A DNA stretch of 64,000 bases from Polyangiaceae bacterium (GCA_050287085.1 JBNKBE010000001.1:192001-256000); one strand, 5' to 3'. Shown: positions 48,455 to 59,142, counted from the first letter of the stretch. A program made the numbers and translations. Notes: generated from the sequence alone by a model not told the origin.

Positions 48455-49489
48455 ATGGCTAGAGCACGTAGATTCCTAGTTACCGGAGGCGCGGGTTTCA
48501 TCGGCAGTCATCTCACGGAGATGCTGCTTGAGCGTGGTGACGCCGTCCTAAGCTTTGACTCCATGGACGCCTACTACGACGTCTCGCTCAAACAGGCAAA
48601 CTGCGCCCGCGCGGCGGCTCTCGGCGACTTTGAACTGGTTAGAGGCGATATTCGCGATCACGCACTTCTGACGCGCACGCTGCATGGCTTCCGCCCCGAT
48701 GTGGTTGTCCACCTGGCGGCCCTCGCTGGCGTCCGCCCATCGCTACGTGAACCCGAGCGCTATCACCAGGTGAATGTTCAGGGCACGCTCAGTGTCCTCG
48801 AGGCCTGCCGAGAGCACGGAGTACCCCTTGTCAACGCATCCTCGAGCTCGGTCTACGGTCGCCAAGGAGACGCCCCCACCCCCGAAACGCACCCCACACG
48901 CCCCATCTCGCCCTACGGGCTGACCAAACTGCAGGCAGAAGAGCATTGCGCCAACTATGCGCAGCGTTACGGCATGGCCGTCTACAGCCTACGCTTCTTC
49001 ACGGTCTTTGGCCCTCGACAACGACCCGACATGGCGATCAGCAAGTTCGCCCGGGCCATCGCTAGCGGCGAGACAGTGCAGCTCTATGGCGACGGCTCGA
49101 GCCGTCGCGATTACACCTACGTGCAGGATGTGGTACGGGCTATTGCCGCTGCGGCAAATCGCACCGAACCAGGGCATACGAGTCTGAACATCGGCACGGG
49201 ACGTGACGTCGCGCTGCGCGATCTGGTCGAGCAAATCGCGGGCCTATACCAAACTCGCGCACGCCTCGCCTTCTTACCCGCGCACCCCAGCGATCCACCA
49301 CGAACCCTAGCCGATATCCAACGCGCAACCCGTCTGCTGGGCTATCGACCGGAAACGAGTTTGAGCAAGGGTCTTGCCGCCGTTGTCCGAGCCCCGCAAG
49401 CACCAGAACCTGCGCATCGCTCCCGTCCAAACGTCGCGAGCGGCCTCCACCTCCATCCAGATCCATGGCTACGATCCACTACGGCTTAG
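48455..49489 (+). CDS. NAD-dependent epimerase (UDP-glucuronate 4-epimerase-like)
   Basis: LVTGGAGFIGSH, HLAALAGVRPS, ASSSSVYG, YGLTK, LRFFTVFGPRQRPDMA, RDYTYV. Confidence 0.9.
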   Translation: MARARRFLVTGGAGFIGSHLTEMLLERGDAVLSFDSMDAYYDVSLKQANCARAAALGDFELVRGDIRDHALLTRTLHGFRPDVVVHLAALAGVRPSLREPERYHQVNVQGTLSVLEACREHGVPLVNASSSSVYGRQGDAPTPETHPTRPISPYGLTKLQAEEHCANYAQRYGMAVYSLRFFTVFGPRQRPDMAISKFARAIASGETVQLYGDGSSRRDYTYVQDVVRAIAAAANRTEPGHTSLNIGTGRDVALRDLVEQIAGLYQTRARLAFLPAHPSDPPRTLADIQRATRLLGYRPETSLSKGLAAVVRAPQAPEPAHRSRPNVASGLHLHPDPWLRSTTA

Positions 49490-50529
49490 CGGGCGAGGGA
49501 CGCGGCCATGCCGCACGCGCCTCGGCCATCATCGACCACCTCGCGCCGCAGCACCGGGTTGTAGTTCATAGCTTTGGGCAGGCGCTTGAACTGCTAGCGC
49601 CTCGCTATCGGGGTACGACGGTTCAGCTCAGAGAAATACCAGGTCTGTTCTTGGGCTACCGAGACGGTCGGGTAAGCCGTCGACAGACGCTGTACAACAG
49701 TATCCCCTTCGTCACGCGCCTGCGGCAGGCCTCAGCAACCCTGGCCCAAGAGCTGCGGCACGACGACGCGCGTCTGGTGGTCAGCGACTTTGAGCCTGTG
49801 ACGGCGCGCGCGGCGGAGTCTATCGGCATCCCCTGGGTCAGCATCGACCACCAGCGCCTGTTATGGGTCTGCCGACTTGAAGAGCTGAGCCTGCGACTGC
49901 GCCTGCAAGCCCGACTTTTTGGCCTGGCCTCTCGTCTGCTCTACCGTTCACCGCCGCATCAAGCCGTGTCGGGCTTCTTCTTGCCGGAGCTTCGCCGCGG
50001 CCACGACGCGCTGCGGGTCGGAGTTCTACTGCGCGAGGAGCTCTTGAACGCGATCCCCTCAGACGGGGAGCATCTCGTCGCCTATCTCAGACGAGGCACC
50101 CCAGCCAACGTGCTGGACGCGCTGGCCACTCAGGAGCGTTCCGTGCGGGTATACGGACTGGGGTGCGCGCCCCCGCGAGGCTCGCTCCACTTCTACGCGA
50201 CCGATACCCACGGCTTCGTTCTCGATCTGGCAAGCGCTCGGGGTCTGGTCACCACTGCGGGCAATCAGCTGGTGGGCGAAGCACACTATTTGGGCAAGCC
50301 GGTGCTCGCCTTCCCGGAGCCCGGTAACTTCGAGCAGCAGATCAATGCTGAGCTCTTGAATCAATCCGGCGGTGGCCTCGGCCTCGCGGCAAGCGCCATA
50401 TCCGTGGAAGTGCTTGCCCGTTTTGAGCGCCACCGCGAGCGCTACTGCCGCCACATCGATCGCGCGCGGGTGCGCGGCAACGAGGCCGTCTTCAGTTGGC
50501 TCGATTCGCTGCTCGCTGTCTCAGCTTGA
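49465..50529 (+). CDS. Glycosyltransferase, MJ1255/VC2487-like GT-B family
   Basis: IHYGLAGEGRGHAAR, VVSDFEP, SIDHQ, TAGNQLVGEA, FEQQINA. Confidence 0.87.
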   Translation: MATIHYGLAGEGRGHAARASAIIDHLAPQHRVVVHSFGQALELLAPRYRGTTVQLREIPGLFLGYRDGRVSRRQTLYNSIPFVTRLRQASATLAQELRHDDARLVVSDFEPVTARAAESIGIPWVSIDHQRLLWVCRLEELSLRLRLQARLFGLASRLLYRSPPHQAVSGFFLPELRRGHDALRVGVLLREELLNAIPSDGEHLVAYLRRGTPANVLDALATQERSVRVYGLGCAPPRGSLHFYATDTHGFVLDLASARGLVTTAGNQLVGEAHYLGKPVLAFPEPGNFEQQINAELLNQSGGGLGLAASAISVEVLARFERHRERYCRHIDRARVRGNEAVFSWLDSLLAVSA

Positions 50530-50552
50530 CGTCAGGTTCTATCCCAGGGAGC

Positions 50553-52916
50553 TCATAGCCGCGCTTCGATCTTTAGATTCGGCAACGGCACTGCAGGCAG
50601 CCGATCCTCTTTGCAGCTCAGGCCGGTCGCCGCGGGCGCACAGACGCGGTGTGCCACCTCTCGGCTCTGGGTTACGTTGAGGGCTTCCACAACGAACGAC
50701 CAATGGCTCTCAGGCCCCAAGCGAAAGCGGCGCTCCAGCCGCAGGTCCAGGCGCGCATAGGGCGCCGAACGCTCGTATGGAAATCGGGGCTGGCCGCGGA
50801 GCTTGCCTGCGACCCCCGAGTACGCCACCGAACGAGCCCCTAGCCTCCAGTTGTCGCCGAGCGTATACATTGCTGCCGCATTCAAAACATGCGTTCGATC
50901 GGAGCCTGCAAGCGTCTCGGTAGCTTCAAAAGCGCGCGTGGAGCGGCTCAGAGTATAGCTGAGCAATGCCCCCAATCGACGCGTTAGTGGGCGACGCAGC
51001 TCCACCTCCAGCCCATAGGCGTGACCGAGCATGCGCTGTCGACCGAAGTCATCGTCCAAAACAAAGCGCTGCGATAGCGAGTAGGGATCCGTCAGTCCAA
51101 AGTAGGTGTTCTGAAACGCCGTAACGCCGCCTCGCACGTCAGCCGGCAACTTCAACTCCACGCCGGCACTCGATTGGAACGTTCGCTGGAGGCCCCCGTC
51201 CAGCCCGGCCACCGACAGACCCGGAACGATGTTGGGAACGAAATTGGGAGGCTGATGCGCATAGCTCACAGCGTGAACCGCATCTACGTTCGGATGCAGC
51301 CGGAAACGTGCAGACAGTCGCGGATCCACCCCCACCTCGGTCCGCCCGCGCGAACGATAGACGTCCGCACGCACGCCGGGCACCAGAAAAATCCGATTGG
51401 TGAGCTGACTCGGGAGTTCGACGAACGCGCCGAACACCTCATCTTGGCGCGCCGGGAACAATTGGCGGATGGCCGCAAAGGCCGCCGAATCTGGACCGAG
51501 CTCCAACTCGTACCCGTCCACGCGTCCCGTGATGCCCGCACGGAGTTCCGACTTCGGACTCAATGAGTGCTCCACCATGACGCGGGCCGCCAGGGAGCGA
51601 TCCACGACATCGACGTCGACGAAACTCGTGCGGTCGTGTCCCAGCGTGAGTCCTACCTGAACCTGCGTATCGAACCCGAGTCGATGCGTGTAGCGAAGGT
51701 CAGCGCGATGAAAGTCGGCGCCGAGAAAGTCAGCGTCTGGAGTCTTCAGGTAGTCGTGCCCTCCGAAACTGAACACACGCAGCTGATCTGACGCCCCTAG
51801 GTCGTAATCGACAAGGCCCTGATAATCCCAGTAGTCGAGCACCTGGGACCCGAGTTGAGATATCAACAAGCCGGTGAGCGAATATCGACCCGCCAAGAAG
51901 AGATTGCCTCGCTCCCCCGCAAACGGTGTCTCCACGAATGCGCTTGCGTCCCACAAGCCGAGCCCTGCTCCGAACGAAGGTCGGTAGGTGGGTCTGCGAA
52001 GCTCGGCTTCGACGACACCTCCCGCAGCCCGACCATAACGCCCAGGATACGCTGCAGAATGCAGGTGAACGCCCTCGATCAATTCCGGACTTATCACGGA
52101 CGGCCCTAGCAAAACATGATAGAGAACCGGAACTTGGATGTCGTCCACGTAAAAGCGCACGTCCCCCGGGGGTGCCCCACGCACGTAATAGACGGGGAGA
52201 CCGGAAACCATGGTCGTGACGCCGGGCAACGCGTCCAGCGCTCGCAGAGGATCACCGAATAACGCGCCGGGGATCTGCCGCGCCTCGGCCCGCGACAGCG
52301 AGCGTGAACTGGGCGGTGAGTCGTCGTGCACGACGACTTCAGGGGCCGCCAAGAGCTCGGAAGTCTGTGGAGAAGGCTCGCCTGCGGAAGCCGCGCGCTC
52401 CTGCGGCGTAGGCTCGGAACGCGATGGCCCATCATGAGGAGCCCGCACCTCGGGGGGTACAAAGTGAGCCTCCATCATGATGCGCACGGCTATCCCCTCG
52501 CCACCACGCCGCGCGGGTTCGAAACGCCAATTCAGCGCGGCTGCCAGAGCCGCGCTGGCGAAGGGCTCATCGCCGACGAATACCTCAGCCTCCTCGACGT
52601 GCCCTTCGGGACCGATCAACAAGCGAAGCGTCACCGACGCTTCGCCCTCGGCTCCCTCGGGAAAGGCGACGTCGGCCTGTATGACTCGAGGTGGCGTGAC
52701 GCCCGACAATGCCTCGCGAGAGCCGGGCTCAGGCTCGTCAGCGTAGGCCGGTGAAGAAACCAACAACGCTAAGACGCTCACCAGCGCGAAGCTGTATGCC
52801 CGAGCCCACCGGGGCCGCTCGGCACGCCGCGACGCGTACTCGCAGATAGCGTTGGGCCTCCGGATCTCGGTCCTGCATGCCTTGAGCTCCATGTGCGACC
52901 ACTCTATAGCCGACAC
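50553..52916 (-). CDS. TonB-dependent receptor with N-terminal TonB_C domain
   Basis: Signal (AYA-D), TonB_C (VTLRLLIGPEGHV...NWRFEPARRGG), plug (GDPLRALDALPGV, YVRGAPPG, YPGRYG...GGVV), barrel (DPRLSAR, YGLEVELRR, SYTLSRS). Start may be 52892. Confidence 0.9.
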   Translation of the reverse strand: MSAIEWSHMELKACRTEIRRPNAICEYASRRAERPRWARAYSFALVSVLALLVSSPAYADEPEPGSREALSGVTPPRVIQADVAFPEGAEGEASVTLRLLIGPEGHVEEAEVFVGDEPFASAALAAALNWRFEPARRGGEGIAVRIMMEAHFVPPEVRAPHDGPSRSEPTPQERAASAGEPSPQTSELLAAPEVVVHDDSPPSSRSLSRAEARQIPGALFGDPLRALDALPGVTTMVSGLPVYYVRGAPPGDVRFYVDDIQVPVLYHVLLGPSVISPELIEGVHLHSAAYPGRYGRAAGGVVEAELRRPTYRPSFGAGLGLWDASAFVETPFAGERGNLFLAGRYSLTGLLISQLGSQVLDYWDYQGLVDYDLGASDQLRVFSFGGHDYLKTPDADFLGADFHRADLRYTHRLGFDTQVQVGLTLGHDRTSFVDVDVVDRSLAARVMVEHSLSPKSELRAGITGRVDGYELELGPDSAAFAAIRQLFPARQDEVFGAFVELPSQLTNRIFLVPGVRADVYRSRGRTEVGVDPRLSARFRLHPNVDAVHAVSYAHQPPNFVPNIVPGLSVAGLDGGLQRTFQSSAGVELKLPADVRGGVTAFQNTYFGLTDPYSLSQRFVLDDDFGRQRMLGHAYGLEVELRRPLTRRLGALLSYTLSRSTRAFEATETLAGSDRTHVLNAAAMYTLGDNWRLGARSVAYSGVAGKLRGQPRFPYERSAPYARLDLRLERRFRLGPESHWSFVVEALNVTQSREVAHRVCAPAATGLSCKEDRLPAVPLPNLKIEARL

Positions 52917-53196
52917 GGGTCACCCTTGCGCAAGGACCTAACGCGCTGCGACTGTCAGACCGATCAAGGCAAAGGGGATAAGACACGTTGCGCGAATAAT
53001 GTGCCCCTTGCCGCTGGGGTCGACATAGACCATGTTGGATCTGGCCACTGCCTGGCTCAGAAGATGTACGACCCCGCCTTCTCCCGCCGCCCCCCAATGC
53101 ACCCCAGCACTGCAAAGAAGCAGCAATGACGGAAAACGAGAACCCGCCCGCTGAGGGCGTCGACGCTGTCGCGCGACACCGTTCCTCCCAAGGAGA

Positions 53197-54927
53197 ATGC
53201 GCTTGAGACCTGTTCTGGCCCTGGTCTGGGTGGCGGCTTGGGCTCTGGGCTGCGACCTGCAATCGGATCTGTCCAGCGTGGCACGAGTCCTTGGCGACCC
53301 AGATTCAGAGTTGATCGAAGGTCCTGGACGGCGGCTCGCGCCGGGCACGTTCACTCTCTTTCGCCCGGAAGTCAGCAATGCAGAAGGAAGCGTGCTGGTG
53401 GGCGTGGAAGTGACCGACCAGGGCAACCAACTGGCGATCGTCCCTTTCGAGGACGATCAGAAAGCGTGCCGCGCGGGCGCCCTATACGGCCCAGGTCGTC
53501 CGATCGCGGACAGAACACTTAGCCCCCCTGGGGGCGAAAGCGGCGGAGCCGAAGCGCTTCTCCCCTTCATCATGACCAACGCTGACGGTGACCCCGAGCT
53601 CGCGTTCACAACGCTCGCGTGTAAGCGTCAGAAGCTCCGGGTGAAGCACGGAAACCTGCCCTTCTACACGCAATTTGGTCGCGCCGGAGGCATGCTGGTG
53701 GACACGACAGATGGAGACGTCATCTGGATCGATCCCTGGAACAATGAGCGCAAGACCGTATTGCAGGGCGCCGATCGCTTGCCGACCGGACGCTACGCTT
53801 TCGTCGCCGAAGGGCTCGACGGCCCGTGGATCTGGAGCGTCGAAGGCGGTGAAATTGTCGCCCGCGACGCCCAATTCGAAGAGCGAGCGAGGGTCGGCTC
53901 CGACATTGTCAACCTGGCCCACAGCGCGCAGGTGGGGTTTAGCGCACCCGAGGGAGGCCACCAGCTCGTGTACCGCACGAGCGATGGCACGCTCGGGCTT
54001 ATCCCCGTAGCCAACCTAGAAGAATCGCGGGTCGTGGCCGAGGACGTATGTGGCGAGTGGTTCGCCCGCGGAGCTAGCAGCGCGGTACTCTATTACATGG
54101 CCCCCTGTAGCAAGAGGACTCTCAACGTGTTCTCGTTGGACGCCGACGAGCCGATGGAGATCGCCACGGGCGTGTACACGTATCGGATCACCGGCGTACT
54201 GCCGGATGGGCCACAAATCCTGTATCTCACGAGCGCGTCGACCGACACCGGTGCAGACGGCCAGATCGGTACCCTGTGGGCCCGCAACGGCTCACAGAAG
54301 GCCCGCAAGCTGGGTGACAACGCGCATATTGGCTACACCAGTTTCGGGGAAAGCGGCGCCCTCAGCGTACTGAGAAACTGGAAGAAAGGGCGCGGTGGGG
54401 ACCTCGTCGAAGGCAAACTCGGTGAAGAGCTCGAGCTACGAGCCAAGAACGTTATCTATCGTCACTCTTGGCTGGGGTTGCTTGCCGACTTTGACGGCAC
54501 CCACGGCACGTTGAGGCGCAAACAAGGCGATCAGTACAAGGCCGTCAAAGGGCACGTGAGCCCCCGCGGAATGCGCCTTGACCAGCGCACGGAACGGGCG
54601 TTGCTGATGACGGACATCGACCCAGATACCGACACGGGGACGCTAAGCGTGCTGGCGAGCGACGGCTTGCATCCGGTGAGCGACTCCGTGACGCCAGATG
54701 CTCGCGACTACAGTTTCACGCAGCAACTGGACGCAGTCACCCTCCGGCGCGCTCGGCAGCCCGATGGCACCGGCAGCTTGAACCTTTCCTACCAGGCCAC
54801 CGGGGAGTTGGTCGAGCTCGCAGACGGAGTCTCGGAGTGGCTCGAGATTGAGTGGCCACAAAAGGGCGTGTTGTACAGCGTTCCAAACGGTGAAAACGCG
54901 GGGCTTTGGTTTACAGAAGCCCGCTGA
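53197..54927 (+). CDS. Hypothetical lipoprotein (beta-rich, possible propeller)
   Basis: AAGGAG RBS, lipobox ALGC, 576-codon ORF with GC-rich codon usage and repeated short beta strands. Confidence 0.75.
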   Translation: MRLRPVLALVWVAAWALGCDLQSDLSSVARVLGDPDSELIEGPGRRLAPGTFTLFRPEVSNAEGSVLVGVEVTDQGNQLAIVPFEDDQKACRAGALYGPGRPIADRTLSPPGGESGGAEALLPFIMTNADGDPELAFTTLACKRQKLRVKHGNLPFYTQFGRAGGMLVDTTDGDVIWIDPWNNERKTVLQGADRLPTGRYAFVAEGLDGPWIWSVEGGEIVARDAQFEERARVGSDIVNLAHSAQVGFSAPEGGHQLVYRTSDGTLGLIPVANLEESRVVAEDVCGEWFARGASSAVLYYMAPCSKRTLNVFSLDADEPMEIATGVYTYRITGVLPDGPQILYLTSASTDTGADGQIGTLWARNGSQKARKLGDNAHIGYTSFGESGALSVLRNWKKGRGGDLVEGKLGEELELRAKNVIYRHSWLGLLADFDGTHGTLRRKQGDQYKAVKGHVSPRGMRLDQRTERALLMTDIDPDTDTGTLSVLASDGLHPVSDSVTPDARDYSFTQQLDAVTLRRARQPDGTGSLNLSYQATGELVELADGVSEWLEIEWPQKGVLYSVPNGENAGLWFTEAR

Positions 54928-55110
54928 CCCCACCCGAAAGCCCTCCCACCGGCCCAAGCGCGGGGCGCGAGCAAGCTCCCTCCCCCCTCCTCCGATCAAA
55001 ACTTCGCGCGCGGTCTAGAGTGTAGACGAGCGTGGCGATGGACAGTAGGAAACGGGCGCTGGCCCTCGCAAAGAGGTCCCTCGACCCGTGCCACCGAAAG
55101 CAGCGACAGC

Positions 55111-55719
55111 ATGACGACCAAGAACGAGCAGCCAGCCCTGCTCGAGGCCCAAGAACACATCCGCAGCCTCCTTCGTTATCTCGGTGAGGACCCCACGCGC
55201 GAAGGACTGCTCGAGACGCCCGCTCGTGTCCTGCGCTCCTACGACGAGCACTTCGCGGGGTACAAACAAGACCCCGCCGACTACCTGGGCAAGACCTTCT
55301 CGGACGTTGCCGACTACGACGAGCTGGTGCTCGTCAGCGACATCGAGGTGATGAGTCATTGCGAACACCATATGGTACCTTTTGTCGGCAAGGCCCACGT
55401 TGCCTATATTCCCGATGGCCGCGTGGTGGGGTTGTCCAAGCTAGCGCGGGTGGTGGACGTGTTTGCCAAGCGCCTTCAGGTGCAGGAAAAGCTGACAGCG
55501 CAGATCGCGGGCGCTATCGCTCAACACCTCAAACCTCAGGGCGTCGCCGTAGTTATTCAGTGTATGCACTTCTGCATGTGCTACCGCGGGGTGCGCAAGC
55601 CAGGCTCGTGGACGACGACCAGCAAGCTACACGGCGTATTCCTATCCGATCCGGCGGCCAGAATGGAGCTGTTCAAGTTGATCGGTCTGCAGCGCGGTAT
55701 CGGCGCGGTAAGCACCTGA
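55111..55719 (+). CDS. folE: GTP cyclohydrolase I
   Basis: [49 protein letters not shown]. Confidence 0.97.
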   Translation: MTTKNEQPALLEAQEHIRSLLRYLGEDPTREGLLETPARVLRSYDEHFAGYKQDPADYLGKTFSDVADYDELVLVSDIEVMSHCEHHMVPFVGKAHVAYIPDGRVVGLSKLARVVDVFAKRLQVQEKLTAQIAGAIAQHLKPQGVAVVIQCMHFCMCYRGVRKPGSWTTTSKLHGVFLSDPAARMELFKLIGLQRGIGAVST

Positions 55720-55922
55720 CTCTCTTCCAGCGCCCCGCGTAGGCTCCTTGGGCTCCGACCTCGTCTAGAACAACTCCTGGAGATTCGACATGAGTGCCGC
55801 CCGATGGCTTCGGCTTTGGCGGCGGCCCGACAGTGAGGCTGGGCGGGCCTAGTGCGAGGCAATCGACGCGGCCCAGACTCGCGGAGAGTGCCAAATCCCA
55901 AGCGCTCCGCTATGACGGGACA

Positions 55923-56849
55923 ATGACTCCGGTAGCCGGTATCGACGTGGGCACGAACTCCGTTCGTCTGCTCATCATTGACGAGTCGGGGGGCGAAATC
56001 GAGCGCTGCATGCAGATCACCCGCCTCGGCCAGGGCGTCGACGAGACGGGCAAGCTCGCGCCAGAAGCGCTAGAGCGAACGCTTCGTGTCCTCGATGACT
56101 ACGGCCAGCGCATGGCCCGTCACGGCGTGAAACGCGTGCGCGCAACGGCAACCAGCGCAGCGCGAGACGCCAAGAATCGCGAGGCGCTCTTTGCGCCCGC
56201 TCGTGACATACTGACGCGCGCAACAACATCTGAGAGCGCGCTAGAGCTACTGTCAGGAGCCGATGAGGCACGACTCTCGTTTCAAGGAGCTTCGGCCGAC
56301 CTGAGCGGAGAAGACACCGTTCTCGTCTTCGACATAGGAGGCGGCTCCACAGAGTTTGCACTGGGAAAAGAGGCGCCGGAAGCATTCATCTCCATCGACA
56401 TGGGCGGGGTTCGTGTGACGGAGCGTTTTCTCTCGAACGATCCCCCGCGGACCGACGAGATCGCAGCGGCTGAGGGTTTCGTTCAGGCCCAGTGTGAAAA
56501 GGTGGGCGCCGCAATCCCCGTGCACAAAGCGAGTCGTGTTCTCGGCCTGGCCGGTACCGTCACCACTTTCGCGGCCCTGCAGCTGCAGCTTGCTCACTAC
56601 GACGCCACGCGAACGCACGGTCTTGCTCTGACACGCCAGCAAATAGAACGTATCGCCGAACAACTGCTCACAAGCACAATCGCAGAGCGCCGTGCTATTC
56701 TGCTCGAACCAAAACGGGCCGAGGTGATCGTAGGCGGAGCCATCGTATTGCGCACGTTGATGCGATATTTTGACTTCAACGAGCTCCAAGTTTCCGAGAA
56801 AGACATTCTCGACGGCCTAGCGGCATCGCTCCTCAATCCGGGCTCGTAG
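55923..56849 (+). CDS. ppx: Ppx/GppA-family exopolyphosphatase
   Basis: IDVGTNSVRL, TRLGQGVD, ATSAARDA, DIGGGSTE, AGTVTT, VSEKDILDG. Confidence 0.92.
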   Translation: MTPVAGIDVGTNSVRLLIIDESGGEIERCMQITRLGQGVDETGKLAPEALERTLRVLDDYGQRMARHGVKRVRATATSAARDAKNREALFAPARDILTRATTSESALELLSGADEARLSFQGASADLSGEDTVLVFDIGGGSTEFALGKEAPEAFISIDMGGVRVTERFLSNDPPRTDEIAAAEGFVQAQCEKVGAAIPVHKASRVLGLAGTVTTFAALQLQLAHYDATRTHGLALTRQQIERIAEQLLTSTIAERRAILLEPKRAEVIVGGAIVLRTLMRYFDFNELQVSEKDILDGLAASLLNPGS

Positions 56850-56852
56850 CTT

Positions 56853-57767
56853 ATGCCGGAATTGCCGGAAGTCGAAACCGTGCGACGAGGTCTAGCGCCG
56901 CTGCTCGTGGGGCGCACCCTTCGACGAGTAGTCACGACCGCTGCAAGCTACTTCTTCCTGACAGCTCCGGACGAATTGGGTCGCAGACTCGCCGGTCGCC
57001 GCTTCTTGTCGCTCACCCGTCACGGCAAATACCTACTCGCCGAGTTGGACGATCGGTCGACAGTGCTCATGCACCTTGGCATGACAGGACAGCTCTTCTC
57101 CCAAGAAGCCGTGGGTCCACGATTGCTCCGGACCACACGCACGGGTGCGCTCACACCGGAAGTGCAAAGCGACTTCTCGCCGGACGCGCACACCCACGTG
57201 CAGTTTGAGTTCGAGGACCAGGGGCCCGCTGTGTATTTTCGCGACCCCCGCAAGTTCGGGAAGATCGCATGGCTAGCGCCGGGAGCCGAGGAACCCCGCC
57301 TGGCCAAATTGGGCCCGGACGCACTGGAACTGACGGGCTCACTACTGATGGCCACAGCTAAGCGGCGCAAAACCGCCCTCAAGCTCACGCTGCTAGACCA
57401 AAGCGTAGTGGCCGGCATCGGCAACATCTACGCCGATGAGGCCCTATTTCTCGCGGGGCTACATCCCCTGAGAGCAACCGCCAGCCTCAAAGTCCAAGAA
57501 GCAGACCAACTTGCGGCGGCTGTACAGCAAGTACTAAATCGCGCCATCGCGACTGGCGGAAGCAGCATCAGCGACTACATCGCAGCCGACGGCTCCCGCG
57601 GCCAATATCAAGACGAACGCAAAGTGTACGCCCGCACCGGTGAGGCGTGCCGGCGATGTGGCACGCTGGTGCAGCGCATCATCGTGGGCACCCGAGGAAC
57701 CCACTTCTGTCCGCGGTGCCAGCCCGGGTCACGACGAGCCAAACGACACGCGAAGAAGACGGCCTAG
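56853..57767 (+). CDS. mutM: Formamidopyrimidine-DNA glycosylase
   Basis: MPELPEVE, HLGMTG, DPRKFG, AGIGNIYADE, CRRC...CPRCQ zinc finger. Confidence 0.97.
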   Translation: MPELPEVETVRRGLAPLLVGRTLRRVVTTAASYFFLTAPDELGRRLAGRRFLSLTRHGKYLLAELDDRSTVLMHLGMTGQLFSQEAVGPRLLRTTRTGALTPEVQSDFSPDAHTHVQFEFEDQGPAVYFRDPRKFGKIAWLAPGAEEPRLAKLGPDALELTGSLLMATAKRRKTALKLTLLDQSVVAGIGNIYADEALFLAGLHPLRATASLKVQEADQLAAAVQQVLNRAIATGGSSISDYIAADGSRGQYQDERKVYARTGEACRRCGTLVQRIIVGTRGTHFCPRCQPGSRRAKRHAKKTA

Positions 57768-57780
57768 ACACTCGTCTGGG

Positions 57781-59142
57781 CTAGATCTCACAGCTCATGG
57801 CCATATCCTGCTCGTCGGCGTCGCAGATATCCTCGTCTGCGCCGCCCATCAGCTGATCGAAACCGACGCCCCCCTGAAGCACATCTGAGCCGGGGCCGCC
57901 CTCGAGCAGATCATCACCCGCTTCCCCGTAGAGGTAGTCGTCGCCGTCGCTGCCTAGCATGTGGTCATTGCCGCTTCCTGAGCGCGCTATCTCCAGATTG
58001 ATGAGGGTATCGTACTCTTCGAGTTCACCACTCACGGCCTCACAGTCGCAATCCCCGGTACAGCCCACCGACGTGTCCGCCATGCACAACACCACGGTGA
58101 GATCTTCGGCGCGATACTGATAGCTGACGGTATCGAGTCCTGGGCCGGCGTTGATGAGATCTCGTCCACTGCTGGATGCGCCTTCATCGAAGTAGTCGCC
58201 GCCTTCGCCGCCGTTCATGACGTCGTCGCCGGGTCCGCCGGCAAAGAAGTCACTCATCTGGCCGCCACGCAAGACGTCGTCGCCCTCGCCCCCGAATGCG
58301 TTCACAGGAAATGCCGGATCTTCTACGCGCGCGGTCACCCCGCGATCGTCGTACTTGCCCACGTTGAGACGCCCGACTTCATCGAAAGTATCATTGCCCG
58401 GCCCCAGACTGTAGGTCAGCTCTTCAAGCTGATCGACCCACAGGTTGAGCCTAGGCAGCTCAGAAAGCGCTGCGAGCAATGCGGTCTGGGCGCCGCTGCC
58501 GTAGATGCTGTCGTCACCAGCGGTGCCGCGCAACATGAAATGGTCCGTGCCCGAACCGAGTTCAAAGTGAAACCCGTAGTCCGCTTCAAGCAATCGTGCG
58601 CCGAACTCTCCTTTGGATAGGTCGAGCAAGACCACGTTGTCCTCGGGTCCGCCGGTCACTTGAATGCGGTCCAGTTGGTCAACCTGCATTGGGCTGCCCT
58701 CTACTTCGCACTCGCGACCGTTGGCGTACAGAACGCCCTCCTGAGCCGACAGCCAAACGCCGTAGGCATCCCGGTCCAATGAAAACGTGATCGTCGCAGA
58801 ATCGGGGTCGAAACCATCCTCACAGCCCGGAACCGGCACATCCGGAACCAGCGCCTCATCGAGTCCCGGATAGTCAGGATCATAAACCGGAATGTGTGGG
58901 GGGATCGCAGGTTCGTCGCCGTCGATGCCGGCTGCACCTCCTCCACTTCCGGAGGCTCCCGAAGAATCGCTCGAACCCTTAGCGCCACTACCACTCGTGC
59001 TGCTGCTCTTGCCCGCACGACTGGATGCTGCACCGTCGTCGTCTGGAGCCGGTGGCGGACTCCCGCAGCCACTCAGACTCGCCAGAGTCATCGCCAATAC
59101 GGCTCCGAGGAGGGACGGTGAACCACAACTCTTTACTCTCAC
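57781..59142 (-). CDS. RTX-type Ca2+-binding lipoprotein
   Basis: Lipobox LSGC, Gly/Ser linker, many GGxGxD nonapeptides (GGEGDDVLR, GGPGDDVMN, GSGNDHML, GEAGDDLLE, GGPGSDVLQ). Confidence 0.87.
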   Translation of the reverse strand: MRVKSCGSPSLLGAVLAMTLASLSGCGSPPPAPDDDGAASSRAGKSSSTSGSGAKGSSDSSGASGSGGGAAGIDGDEPAIPPHIPVYDPDYPGLDEALVPDVPVPGCEDGFDPDSATITFSLDRDAYGVWLSAQEGVLYANGRECEVEGSPMQVDQLDRIQVTGGPEDNVVLLDLSKGEFGARLLEADYGFHFELGSGTDHFMLRGTAGDDSIYGSGAQTALLAALSELPRLNLWVDQLEELTYSLGPGNDTFDEVGRLNVGKYDDRGVTARVEDPAFPVNAFGGEGDDVLRGGQMSDFFAGGPGDDVMNGGEGGDYFDEGASSSGRDLINAGPGLDTVSYQYRAEDLTVVLCMADTSVGCTGDCDCEAVSGELEEYDTLINLEIARSGSGNDHMLGSDGDDYLYGEAGDDLLEGGPGSDVLQGGVGFDQLMGGADEDICDADEQDMAMSCEI

